Origin: Octopus vulgaris
Lineage: Eukaryota
Assembly (NCBI GenBank): GCA_951406725.2
Contig: OX597825.1
Coordinates: forward strand, 35,898,001-35,962,000
Direction: 5' to 3'
Length of the DNA: 64,000 bases
The translations under genes and the position numbers were made by a program. The notes under the pieces are model-generated. The model was not told the origin of the DNA. It did no database searches and was given only the letters and a program-made list of their open reading frames with translations. Shown one piece after another: positions 11,451-23,459 of this stretch. Every line of letters starts with the position of its first letter. Positions within the stretch are counted from its first letter, which is position 1.

Positions 11451-12693
11451 CGAATTTGGTTCAATTTCGATTTCACTATTTATCATTATCATCATTTAAT
11501 ATCTGCTTTCTCTTGCGTGCATAGGTCAAATGGAATTTGTTGAGACAGCCTGATTCCCATCCTCTTGCCAACTCTCTCTTGTTTTCAAGTAAGGTAATAT
11601 TTTCCCATGGCATGATGTTTTCCACTGAAGACTGGAAACAGATAAAACTGCTTGCATGACACTGATGCTTGTTTACATATAAAACATCATAACAAAAGTA
11701 CACACCAACTCTCTCTCCCTCACAAGCACACATGACAGGCTTCTTTTCAGTTTCTGCCAACCAAATCCAAAACTTTGGGTCTGCCCAAAGCTACAGTAAA
11801 AGACACTTGCCCAGTATGCTGCATAGTGGGACTGAACCTGGGAACATATGGCTGGAAAGCAATCTTCTTAACCACTCAACCATGTCTGCACATAAAGAAT
11901 GGTGTATACATATATTTATTTATAAATATAGAAATATACGTCGAACACATTCTCTCCACCATTGTATCTCCTGGATTTTCAGAACAATGCAAAGGTTTAT
12001 CCTAACCTCAAGCAGTCATTCTTGTTAGCCATGCACTTGGCAGAGAGTTTGTGGTGAGATCTGTTTGATTCTTCAAATCCCAAATGTTACTATATATATG
12101 TATTCATCTATTGTTCATAATTGAGTCTACATGCTATTTTTTGAATAATTCCAGATTCAACTCCAACTTTTCTTCATCAAACATCTCATACACATTGTAT
12201 TTCTTCTCTAACAAAGTGCTCAGAAAAGTTAGTTAATTCCATATGTAAAGTGAATACAGGAATCAAATGAAAATTAAAAATGACCAAGTTTGACGTTGGA
12301 ATAAAAAAAAACAGTTAAAGATTAAAAAAAAAAACTTGAAACCTGATATGAAAAAATGTTAAGGGATTAATTTTTGAAGAATATCAGTAAGAAGAAAACA
12401 ACTATCAAAACATTTTGCAGATGTACAGTGAGTTCATGTAATTATGGAAATGAAGGTTCACAATTTCACCCCAACTCCATCACACAGTTTTCAGCCCTTT
12501 CTTTGAACATCCTAGATTTGAACACTTACAAGAGGATGGAAAATATTCTGAAATCCATATTTTCATATCCATACCACAACACTTGCACAACACTTGTGTG
12601 TTGGTACCTATTTTTCATTTTAAACAGGAGAGAAAATGGGGAAAAAAAAAACATTATTGAAAATATTATTAAAGTAAAAATAAATATCCTCAC

Positions 12694-13839
12694 CTGTTTC
12701 CTCGGTACTGGAGATGCTGGAGACTTAATTTGCTTTCTTGGAGCTGGTTTAGAAGGGGAATGGAAGGGGGAAACAGTCTCAGCATCTCTATCAGATGACG
12801 CTTGATGGATATTTGGTGTACTGTGGGTACTACGCAATTTGGTTAAATCTGTTCTGGGAGGGATAGCTGGAGGGTTAACAGTTGTGTCAACATCAAACGC
12901 TACAGAATGTCTCGACCTCTGTGGTAAAAGACAGTTTTCATAATTGTCCGTGCTAGAAATGGGAAGGTTTTCGTAAATACTTTCATTCAGTTGATTAGGG
13001 TCAAGAATACTCCCAGTGTTCTCCTGACTGGCAGAGAACTTCTGGTTGAAATAATTAGATACAAAATTAGGTTTTGATTCCTCATCTAATGATAATTGTT
13101 TTGTAGTTAATTTTGTTGCATCATGCACCAAACGACCATTTGCATAAGAGACCATTACGTAATTATTGCTCTCTCGTTTTTTCTGGGAACTAGAAGTGGA
13201 TTTTTTACGGTAAGGTAAATTACCATAAACAATGTTTCTTTCTGTGTTTTCCCCATCTTGGAAATCTGTTTCAGACTTGTTTCTAGTAATTTCTACAGTA
13301 GAACCTTCATCGTTTGCCAAAGGTTCTTCGGCAGTTATTGGTTGTAATGCAGGAACAGGATTGGGTGATGCACTATCAGTTCCTGCAACAATGCTATCTG
13401 GTAATGGTAATGGAGGTTTATTAATAACAACATTCTCATAGTTCCCTTCTGGTGACTCCAGTGACTCGGCAGAGTTCTGAAATACTTGGTTCAGTTCTTC
13501 AAATTCGTTGATTACTTGTCGCTCAACATTTTCAAATGGGTCATCCTCCTGCTCAAACTGTGTGACGTCTATCTGTGATTTTGTGCTACTGGTTGGGTTA
13601 TCTGTGTGAAATGCATTGACACTCGGTTTGATTGGTGTTGGTGTAAGAATTTTGTCGGCCATATGAATATTAACGTACACACCTTCGGATGCTAAAGGCA
13701 TGGGAACAGGATTCTTCAGTCGACTTTGAGCATTCTTTTTCTGAGCATGGTATTCTTTCAAGGTAGCTTCTCTGTTTTTCTTCATCTGTTGCTGAGCTTT
13801 TGCCCAGAGAATAACACCTTCTTCAGTGTGAAAGAAATA
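12694..13839 (-). CDS. UBAP1: UBAP1 coding exon 4 (large central exon, 1146 nt, phase 0-0): end of the UMA domain plus a long disordered region
   Basis: Acceptor ttcttgtttttacag|TAT and donor AAACAG|gtgagg; open for 382 codons. YFFHTEEGVILWAK resembles UBAP1 YDFSLEKKTIEWAE. DVTQFEQEDDPFENVERQVINEFEELNQV resembles the UBAP1 block [29 protein letters not shown] (human sequence from memory). Confidence 0.88.
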
Positions 13840-14244
13840 CTGTAAAAACAAGAAAAGAAAATGAAGAAAATATTATTAATTTTCAGAGAGCCATGAATAA
13901 CAGTATTCATTTCCATCTTTTTACATTCTGACTTCAAATCTTTGTGATTAATTTTGATTTTGAATCTGTGAATGGACAAAATAACTACAAGTCCAGCACT
14001 GCAGTAAATATCATTAACTGTTTATAGAATTTATGGTCTTGTATGTATGTTAGAAATCAATTTCCAAAAATTGATCCACACAAAAAATATTTCATCATAT
14101 TCTGAGTTACTGCCTTCTTAGATAGATCAGAGGACCATGTCTCCCTCATACAAGCCATTTTTGGCATGTTTTCTATATCTAGATATTCTTCCAAAAACCA
14201 ATCACTTCACTGAATGTACTGGATGTATTTTATCATGGCACCTT

Positions 14245-14475
14245 TTGAGCGTGGTTGTTGCCAGTACCACCTGACCAGCCCTCGTGCTGATGGCATGTAA
14301 AAGCACCCACTATTCTCTCAAAGTGGTTGGCATTAGGAAGGGGATCCAGCTGTAGAAACTCTGCCAGATCAAATTGGAGCCTGGTGCAGCCATCTGGCTC
14401 GCCAGTCCTCAGTCAAACCATCCAACCCATGCCAGCATGGAAAGCAGACGTTAAACAACGATGATGATGATGATG
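14245..14475 (+). mobile_element. Retroposon family B copy with a (GAT)n tail
   Basis: Same sequence as 41620-41890, ending gcagacgttaaacaacgatgatgatgatg. Further copies at about 16600-16760, 32700-32885 and 51920-52110 (+), and about 5500-5680 and 51315-51520 (-). Confidence 0.8.
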
Positions 14476-15507
14476 TGTGTGTGTGTGTGTGTGTGCGAAA
14501 GAGTGAACATGTATGTGTGTGTTTCTCTCTCTCTCACACACACACACATATCCATTTCATATACATAGTCATGCATCTTTCACTTTCTCTCTTTCACTTT
14601 AAAACCAAAAGTAAATAAAGACTTTTTACGAAAATTATCGAACAAAAGTAGCTGATCTGGATGACAGTTCTGAGAGTCAAAGCGAAAGATCACCCCAAGG
14701 AAATACCATTACAAAAATTTTTTCAAGGGCATTCAATGTATCTCAGCTCCAAAGATTTAGCTGTTATTTCTAGCATGCCCTGCTACCACATAACAGCTAT
14801 TTGCAATAAGGGACCTGAAATACCTGTTATGTGGTGGCAGGGCATGCAAGAAATAGCAGCCAAATCTTTCCTTTTCTGGGAGAAGGAGTCATTTACACGT
14901 GATTTCGATGTCACATTTGTTGAAAGCATGAGAAATAACATGGAAAAGAAAACAAAAACCCATGAAACAAAACTCCGTTGCTGGGAAACTCAGAAACTGT
15001 CCTGCTCAAGGACAAAATGCACCACCAGGAATGAAATTCAAAACCTTATGATCATGAGCCGAATATCCTAATCACTAAGTCACACACCTTCACCACACAA
15101 ACTTCGTAAACTGACATTAAATCTCTAATTCACGTGAACTTACTAAAAAAACACGGAGCTAATGACTGTGTAATAAGGAATTTACCCATGGGTATTTAAA
15201 CCTGCCATATCAAGCCCAAATATGCTACCTGTTTTATGTTCAAACTGGCCTGATCCAGCTTTTCACACCTACCCTACAATGTCATTTAAAAATATACAAT
15301 TACATTACATCACTGAAATCTCAGAGCTTCAAGGTAGTGCGTGATTAATTCAAAACAATTTGAATAAGTAGGTATTAAATTTTGACAGAGTAATACGAAT
15401 ACCAAAGTGCTAAATTAGTTAAAGATACACCAGTCAATTACTGCTACAGCAAGCAAAGATTATATGGCTCTCCCACTGCCATCCACAAGAGTCCAATATT
15501 TACTAAC

Positions 15508-15564
15508 CTCATCAGCAAGGGCACTACGATTTCGTCGGCGAAGGAGTTCCTTAGGAATAGAAAC
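15508..15564 (-). CDS. UBAP1: UBAP1 coding exon 3 (57 nt; VSIPKELLRRRNRSALADE; UMA domain)
   Basis: Acceptor tcttttcttgctag|GTT and donor GAG|gttagt. Phase 0-0, and it joins the flanking exons in frame. Confidence 0.85.
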
Positions 15565-16211
15565 CTAGCAAGAAAAGAGAAAAGCAAAAATATAATTATT
15601 AAACTTACTAACATATCAACATATTAGTATATCACCATACGAAAATACTACCACACTGACGTACCATCTATCAGAATCATATATAAAGAACGGTCACTTT
15701 AATTATGTTTTTTAATTATGGTAGAATATTTCAATGTTTCCTTGGTTTTTGACTGTTCAATAACTTGCTTCTGCTACTGCAGGGGAAAAAGCAAGAGTTA
15801 CGTAGAAAAGATTGAATGCAATTATTAAAAAAGCAACAAGAACAATATTATACAAGTTATAAAGTTTATAAATTTAGTTACATATTGAAAGAATTAATGT
15901 GAAATAAATTGTCATTCATACAATATGTTACATACAGAGAAACTCAATGAAGAATCTTTACCAGCAAGAAATAGGAGCTGAATCTCTTTCAAAACACACT
16001 CTACTGTCTTAGGAAAAAAAAAAAAACATTGTATATTATAGTGCTTCACTGGAAATAAAATAGGATGTCTATAGCTGAAACAGCTTTGATTGTAGTTCTA
16101 TTAATAACAGCTGACCCAGGGTTAAGCAACAACATACATATATGTAGCATTTTATAACAAATAAACTTTGAAAATAATAATTTTTTAAAAAAACAAAACT
16201 AAAATATTTAC

Positions 16212-16285
16212 CTTGTTGGGCACTTTAAAAGTGGTCCCAATTCTAAAAGGGATGCCATCAAGGGCAGAGTTAGCAGAAGCCAAAC
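16212..16285 (-). CDS. UBAP1: UBAP1 coding exon 2 (74 nt; (G)LASANSALDGIPFRIGTTFKVPNK; start of the UMA domain)
   Basis: Acceptor atatctttcag|GT and donor AAG|gtaaat. LDGIPFRIGTTFKVPNKV matches the UBAP1 UMA motif LDDVPFKTGDKFKTPAKV. Confidence 0.88.
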
Positions 16286-17322
16286 CTGAAAGATATAAAT
16301 TGAATAAATAATTGCAAGTACATTGTATTATTTCTTTTTATATCATAAATATCAAGGGTCAGGTTAGTTATTTTAGCTTTAAGTTACAATAGACCATCTC
16401 TACGTTTCAGTTTATATTCTTTTTCTTTTCGCCATTTTCTTTGCCTTGCAACTATTTTCCTCCTCCGCTTTAAAAAGAAAAGATCTAATCTCAGAGTAAC
16501 GACCTACCCGTGCCTCTACTGTTTCTCCATCAGCACAGCAGATAGATATACAACCAAGTCATGTCAAGTGATACAGCTAAAGTTGAAAAAAATCCACCCA
16601 CTTTAATTCCTTGGTGTTTGGAAGGGCATTCAGCCATAGAAACCTTGCCAAATCAGATTGGAGCCTGGTACAGCTTCCTGGCTTGCCAGTCCCCAGTCAA
16701 ACCATCCAACCCATGCCAGCATGGAAAACAGACATTAAACAGTTATGATGATGATGATGTCTCTGTCCAATCAAAATGCAGCAATTAGAGTTAAAATATA
16801 TTCTGAGCTTGATTCTTATATTCATATCTTCCAGTTCAATACAATACACTCGTGTCAAAAGAGGAAGCTAGTGTGGGTGGGAATACTTATACCAAAGTGA
16901 TCCTCCTATCAAAACAGAGTTTAACTAACCCTGGCATACCATCAAACTAACTTCATTACATATACAAAGTCCCTGAAAATAAGTTCTATACAACAGGTGA
17001 CACATGTTCTTCATGCTGCTATATGCATATGCAAGCAGAGAAACACCAGGGTGCACTCAATATGATAACCACAGACATTAAAGTGCAATGAAGATAGTTG
17101 CCAAGGGTGGCAAATTATAAATGGCCATTCAAATTGTATCCTATTGTCTTAAACGAGGCAAGGTACATTATGCAGGGGTATATATATTTATTAGTTAATA
17201 TTTAGCAGAAGTAACTGAGTGACTCAAGGTCCAAGAGTTTCATGCTTTGGCACTTAGCAAACTTGGATAAGTGCCAATGCACAAAACTCTCAGGCCTTTA
17301 GTCACTGTATTATTTCTACTAA

Positions 17323-17353
<31 letters not shown>

Positions 17354-18279
17354 ATCATATTTTGAGTAATATTTTTCCTGTTTGGATCAACATAATTGTA
17401 TTTATGTGTGTATATACATATGTGTGTGTGTGTGTGTGTGTGTGTAAATATACATATATACATACACACACATACTATGTCTAAAAAACAATGGCAGGAT
17501 GGCTGTGGCTAGACTGTCTTTAACGACAGGTCAGCTGAATCAGCACAGACCTGGGCTGTACAACAACTACAGTGAAGATATTCCAATCATGTAAGAATTT
17601 AGGGTAAAAATACCAAATGATTAAAGCACCATCAGGTTGCTGACTTTTATTAATTTAGAGGCCAGATTCTATGTGACCTTTGTTCTATGTGCTGCACTGA
17701 AGAAACACTTGTATCTCAGCAACACAGTCTACCTATCTGTAAGAAGGTACACAGAGCTGTGTTATAATTTACTACTGTAAACAGTGGCAGCACACACAAA
17801 ACCACTGACAAACAAGTGTTCTAACATGATTATAATTTTTATTTAACTATTAAGGCACAGCAAGGAACAGGCATAACCATGTGCTCCAAGAGTTCTTTCT
17901 CATTGTGCAGTGCTTAGGCAAGCATCTTTAACTGTAATATCAGGCTCACCAATAACTTGCATGTGAAATTTGCTTGATGGAAATTGTGCAGAAGCTTCTC
18001 TGTGTGTGTCTGCGCGCGTATGCATACTTGTATAAATCAGTGCAATGAGTTATCTCCCTTTAAGTAAAAATTAAAAAAGCTACAAATTAACTCTGATAAA
18101 AAAATATATATATAATAGGACTTTTTTTCAAACATCAAATGGCTATGAGGGACCAGTAAAATAAAATAGAAATCAAAGGGGTCTATAGGCAAAAAATAGT
18201 TGAGAAACACTGCTCTGATCCATACCTAAATACAGTATATACAGGGACAATGTAAATATTATGTACCTTAGGTTAATAT

Positions 18280-18323
18280 AAAGAAAAGAAAAGAAAAGAA
18301 AAGAAAAGAAAAGAAAAAAGAAA
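18280..18323. repeat. (AAAAG)n pentanucleotide microsatellite
   Basis: Read directly from the sequence. Confidence 0.9.
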
Positions 18324-18412
18324 TAATTATCATAGTAAGACATTTGAGTATTTAAAGTGTTTAGTTAGTTGATGGAGGTTCACTCCAGGAAAGAAACATT
18401 AATAATGTGAAG

Positions 18413-18597
18413 TAATATTTATCCCCACTTAAATGTGGATGTTCTGTTAGAACAAACTTAACTGCAGTAGATACCATGAAAGAAACCCTTATATTGGCTT
18501 TTGGTGCAAAATGCACTCTTGTTTATATCATTAATGGGGAAATAAATCCCTGCCGTCTCCAGCACCGACACCACCAGATCACATGATTTCAACCTTC
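18413..18597. mobile_element. Solo arm of the fold-back element at 30516-31028
   Basis: atatttatccccacttaaatgtggatgttctgttagaacaaact...cacatgatttcaaccttc aligns with the arms at 30516-30707 and 30833-31028. Confidence 0.85.
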
Positions 18598-19202
18598 TTT
18601 GAACCCATCAGTAATGTGGTTCTACTTAAAATATTGGTCCAGCTGTACATTATCTGTCCTTATATTGTAAACAAGCTCCAGAATTACCCAAGTATAATGT
18701 TATATGCTACATCACATAACCCTGAAACAACACTTAACTGTAAAATGGCATAAGGCTATATATCCTATTATTTTATATTAGTTTCTGTAAAGTTCAATCA
18801 TTGGGCTGTGGCCATGCAGGGAATTTCAGTTGATTATGTTGATCCCAGTGTTTTTGCCTGATATTTATTTCATCAACCTTACAAAGGAGTAAAGGCTAGA
18901 CACCTAGCAATAAAAGTTCAACACACTGATTATACCATCTTTCATGTGTGTGCATATACATAAACACATACATGTAATTGGCTTCCACACTGTCTCCATC
19001 CACCAAATTTCACAGGAAAGGTTTGTTTTTCACCAGCCTGAGGTTATGCTAGAAGACTATGCCTGCAGCAGAATCAAACCTGGAATCTAGAGTCACATGG
19101 TAGCAAAGCAAACTTCTTGATTACAGAGCCATAGTTTGTGATGTAAATCTCATAAACGTAGAGTAACAGAAATAAAAAGAGAATAAAATCAACAGCACTG
19201 AC

Positions 19203-19236
19203 CATATATGCCGCGGGATGACCTGTCAGATTCCAT
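19203..19236 (-). CDS. UBAP1: UBAP1 first coding exon (MESDRSSRGIY-G); the whole exon is 19203-19258 with 22 nt of 5'UTR
   Basis: Acceptor tttctttttctccag| at 19259. The ATG is in strong context (AGG ATG G). Donor TATG|gtcagt. 34 coding nt give phase 1, which matches the phase-1 start of the 16212-16285 exon. Confidence 0.78.
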
Positions 19237-19625
19237 CCTTCATTGAGCAACAGAATTACTGGAGAAAAAGAAACAGATAAAAGAAATATATATTGTCACA
19301 CTTATAAATTAAGCAATAATAAACATATATATAATATATTGTCATACATTTATTTGTAGGAACAAAACATTCTCACAATAAAGTACTCAATACTTCAGGA
19401 AGTTGTATCAAATATATAAATTCCTTTATTTTAAATTAGCTAGCAGTTTTGTAAATGTGTTTCTATCCTGTAATGTCTTTAAAGCTTTGAAAAAATCTCA
19501 AGCATACAAACAGATTTATAAAGCAATAAGCTAAAAAAAAATAAAGAAATATATAATTCGTGTGTGTGTGTGTTTAGTAAATATAGATCCAATGAGTTTT
19601 CAAAATAGAATTTGCAATAAAAATA

Positions 19626-20383
19626 CAGAATGTTCAGGCTAGATTTGACAATTTATTTTTATGTCTCTGCTTTTCAGAAATGATTTGATGTATTGATGAA
19701 CAGTCAATGGCATAAAGATTAAAGTTGCAGTTGAGAAAAAGTTAACTGACAAGGAGGACCAGAAGACATCTGAAAACTAGAAAAGAGTTATCTGTATCAT
19801 CATGATTCATGCTGGGTATCAAAATATCAAACGGTTGCTCAGTACTCTATGAACACTGTAAAGGCTGTAAGATGTGACATGGACATCATGGAAGCAAAGT
19901 TCTCCCAAACTACAATGGTCTTTGGATGTTATTTCCAGTGAGGATGCAGTCATGCTGCTCCACATCTTTGAACAAGGCCTTAGGCTCAATTCAGACAGCT
20001 ATGTGTAAAGCTGCTGGAGACTGTGGTCAAACACTGGCAGGAGAGAGTTGCAGCTGGAAGGCCATATGTATAACATGAGGATTTGGTTCCTTGCCATAGG
20101 CTTCAGGGAGAATCAGAAGTGGTTCTCAGAGAATATCAACAACTTCACCAGCCCCAATTTCTGGCCTCCCAATTACCCAGGCTGTCATTGGGCACAATTG
20201 AGAAAGACACCAAGGAAGTGTCTGCAGACCTTCCTGGAGACACATTGAGAAATTCATGTCAGTTTCCAGAGCCATCTTGAGGCCATGGTGGAAGTTAAAG
20301 GTGGCTAGTTTTAGTAAACTGGATGGGATACTGTGCTTTCTTTTCCTTTCATGCAAGCTGTTAAATTGAGCCCAAACACCCTA
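19626..20383 (+). mobile_element. Decayed, internally deleted Tc1/mariner element resembling the maT/DD37D group
   Basis: TIR-like ends cagaatgttcaggctagatttgaca / tgttaaattgagcccaaacacccta with TA flanks. Fragments read KFSQTTMVFG, HIFEQGLRLNSD, AAGRPYV and QKWFSENINNFTSPNFWPPNYP. Confidence 0.7.
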
Positions 20384-22079
20384 TAAAGCAATACAAAAGA
20401 AACAATAACAGTAATAACCACAACAAATATAAAGAAATATTGACAACTGACACACATTCTTTTGAATAAAAACCTACAAGTATCCTTGTCCTCCTGATCA
20501 TCATCATCATCACTTTAACATCCACTTTTCCATGCATGCATGGGTGAGATGGAAACTATTGAGGCAGATTTTCTACAGCCAGATGCCTTTCTTGTTACCA
20601 ACCCTTACCTGTTTATAAACAAAATAATATTTTCCAGAGCCAGACATGTTTTTCACAGAAGACTCGAAGCAAACAACTTTGCTTGTATGATGCCCATTTC
20701 AATCATCGTGGGATGTCTAGACAAAGATACACACAAACACACATACCTACAGTTTCCATCTACCAAATCCTACTATAGCCAGAGGCTATAGTAAAAGATG
20801 CTTACCCAAAGTGCCACGCAGTGAGACTGAACCCAAGACCATGGTTAGAAAACAAGCTTCTAAACTATACAGCCTGCCAGTGCCTATAGCCATGCCTGCA
20901 CCTATATGTATCCAAATTACATTTACAGAAGTTTAATATGAGGTGGCAAATATCTATAGAATGCAGGTGAACTGATGGTGGTGGTTTTGTAGTGAGGGTG
21001 AAAGCAGTGAATATTATGAAATTTAAAAAATTTCAACAATGAAGTCATAAGTAAAGGAAAACAACCCATCCCAACTTCTCGGAAAAAATTTTAAAATAAT
21101 TAAAAATAATCTCTTTAGCTCACTTCTCACATCATCTCTCTTCTTCTCTTTTCACTCTTATCATTTCTATACCCCCACTCACTCCGCTGCCCAGCTTACC
21201 CCCATCTCCTCCCCAAAAAGTATTCATAAATAATTTAGAATATTCCCTGCTTGCCCCATTTCTCTCTCTCTCTCTTTCTCTTTTCCTTGATCCCTTTATT
21301 TTTCTTACTCTCCATACTCTCTCACCATGTTATTCACTCCTCCCTCCATGCCTTTACTATGTATTTACATATCTTCCCTTTCCATTTTTATCCTTCACCC
21401 TTTTTATAAACATACCCTCACATTATTCCTCTCACACTTCTTACATGCTTTTGTTTATTCGGTTTAGATTTTAATCTTCCACTACCCACCTCTCCCTCTC
21501 TCTCACACACAGTCTCTCTCTCTCCTCCTCTACAGTAAAAGTACATTAAATATGTATATCTCCTCCTCGTCTGCCTTCATCCAAACACACACACAGACAT
21601 ATACAGACATACACACGATCGTGCACACACGCAAAAGTTCACACTTAAACATATAAGCATGTAACACAACAGCTCACATATGTACGTTCACACATGTACA
21701 AACACATAAATACCCATGACTCTCTCTCTCTCTCACACACACACACAGAGTACAATTTCTAAATCTGCAAACCATTTTAAATTATTAATTTAACATTCAG
21801 TCAAAAGATAATTCAAGTAAATCAATGTAATTGACATGTTAATCAGTAGCCTAATTAGTGTGTTGGAAAGGGGTGCTTTATTTTCTTCCTAACGCTTCCT
21901 CCTCCTCCACTTCATCACAACCAAAACCACTGCCGTAATTACTATCAAAATGTAAACATTAACCCATTTGTCATCTAGGCTAAAAAGTTGAATGTATGTC
22001 GGCTATATAATCTGTGTTTTCAACCCTGTCAATGAGGGAGCTACTACTTATCAAACAACCTGCTGAAAATACCACGATA

Positions 22080-22985
22080 AATTCTTTTAAATCATGCTTT
22101 TACGCACTTGACAAAGGAAAGACACACCGGATAATGTAGTCCTAGATACACTATGACAGACGAAATTAAGAAGGTTTACAGTTGGAACAGGATGCCTTTG
22201 AGCATTGGTTTTCTCAATCGGCGTTGAATTTGGGGCCAAACAAAAACATGAAAAGCAAATACACGTTGGACAATGTAGACTCCATAAAGTACAAAAACAA
22301 AAATAAAACAACTCAGTTATCTCCCCTATGTGTTCCACTGTTAAATTGGTCCTTGCAATGCAGTGTATATAGTACAGGATTTCGTTTCTGACTTCCAGAA
22401 ATCTGAGCAATACCATGCAATATATATTTATACCCTGTATTAACAGGCCTTGCTTTTGAAATTGATTAATCTGCATTGAGTGTTACAAATAACTTTGTTC
22501 TTAACAGTTTTATTTTTAAAGTGGATTGATAAATATTATTAAACATACTCTGCTTTAGAAAGGTTTTAATGTGGACCTGAATCTGCTAAATAAAATCATT
22601 TTTACTTTTCGTTTAATTTTCATCCTATAAACAAGACACTGTGTACATTGTATAGAATAATATTTTTTTAAAATCTTAAATGAATTATTATCCAAGCAGA
22701 CTCTGCTTTCGAAATGTATTAATTTGAATCTGTCAAATACTAGTCTTTACTTTTCATAGTTTATTTTAAGTCTATATTTAGGCTGCGACCAGGAAATCCA
22801 AAAAGCTGGGACACTACAGGACCCAACAAATAGTCCGGTACTGACTACGAAGGAGGGGGTTGTCTCCCCTCTCTTACAACTGACCTGTCTTCGACCTGTC
22901 ACTATCTCGAGTCATTTTTTGGTAACCCAGTTTTGTCTGCCGATTTTGTGATCAGATTTCTAATGAAACAGTGAGTTCGTGTTTT
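22080..22985. promoter_or_regulatory. Candidate (bidirectional) promoter region upstream of UBAP1
   Basis: A locally CpG-richer stretch with no recognisable repeat, about 3 kb upstream of the first coding exon. It has outward-facing ACTACA-type motifs (minus 22121-22142 GGACTACATTATCCGG; plus 22813-22830 ACTACAGGACCCAAC) and a plus-strand donor-like CA|GTGAGT at 22971. Confidence 0.4.
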
Positions 22986-23242
22986 TCAATCAATTTGCAA
23001 TATAATCAAGCATTTGAAAATTTTTTGTAAAATAACTAACTATCCCACTATTAAAATGATCTTTGGAATATATTAATTAGTTTATTTGCTCAGATAAGAT
23101 GGATGTCAGCACCTTAAAAGTGAATGGTTTAAAACGAGGTTTTCTATCATAAAACCAGACGCAGTGTCAAGCGGGTTGGTATCAGATTGGAAGGGTTAAA
23201 GTCAACAGTGCCACACACCCAGAATCCTCCTGTCTTGATATG

Positions 23243-23459
23243 CGAGGGAGTGCTGTAAAGTTCCTGGCTTTAAAGGTGTCGCGAAAGGCCTGGTTGGAGG
23301 CCCAATCTTCCGAGTTCTTTTGTAGGGCTTAGAAAAACTGAAGGACCGCTGCAGTAAGTGTGTGAATCTGAGAGGGCAATATGTTGAATAAAACCATAAT
23401 TAACTGATTCTTTTGCATTTTCTTTTACCCAAAGCCTCGAACTTTTCAGTAGCCCCTCG
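23243..23459 (+). mobile_element. Mariner-derived MITE, 217 bp; partial copy at about 26250-26352
   Basis: TIRs cgagggagtgctgtaaagttc / gaacttttcagtagcccctcg-TA. The interior encodes a mariner C-terminus, GLEKLKDRCSKCVNLRGQYVE*. Confidence 0.8.

Noticed and set aside
1-12500. Downstream UBAP1 exons encoding the SOUBA domain
   Set aside because: I found no segment with both SOUBA-like translation and splice sites. They may lie beyond the window start, or I may have missed them by eye.
12526-12693. Hydrophobic, TM-like C-terminus (VRIFIFTLIIFSIMFFFSPFSLLF) of the 441-aa ORF
   Set aside because: It begins exactly at a good donor (CAG|gtgagg), and T-rich intron sequence translates to F/I/L. It is most likely intron read-through; only intronic-polyadenylation reads would rescue it.
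14661-15071. 136-aa plus-strand ORF
   Set aside because: It has no recognisable domain, is antisense within a UBAP1 intron and overlaps SINE remnants.
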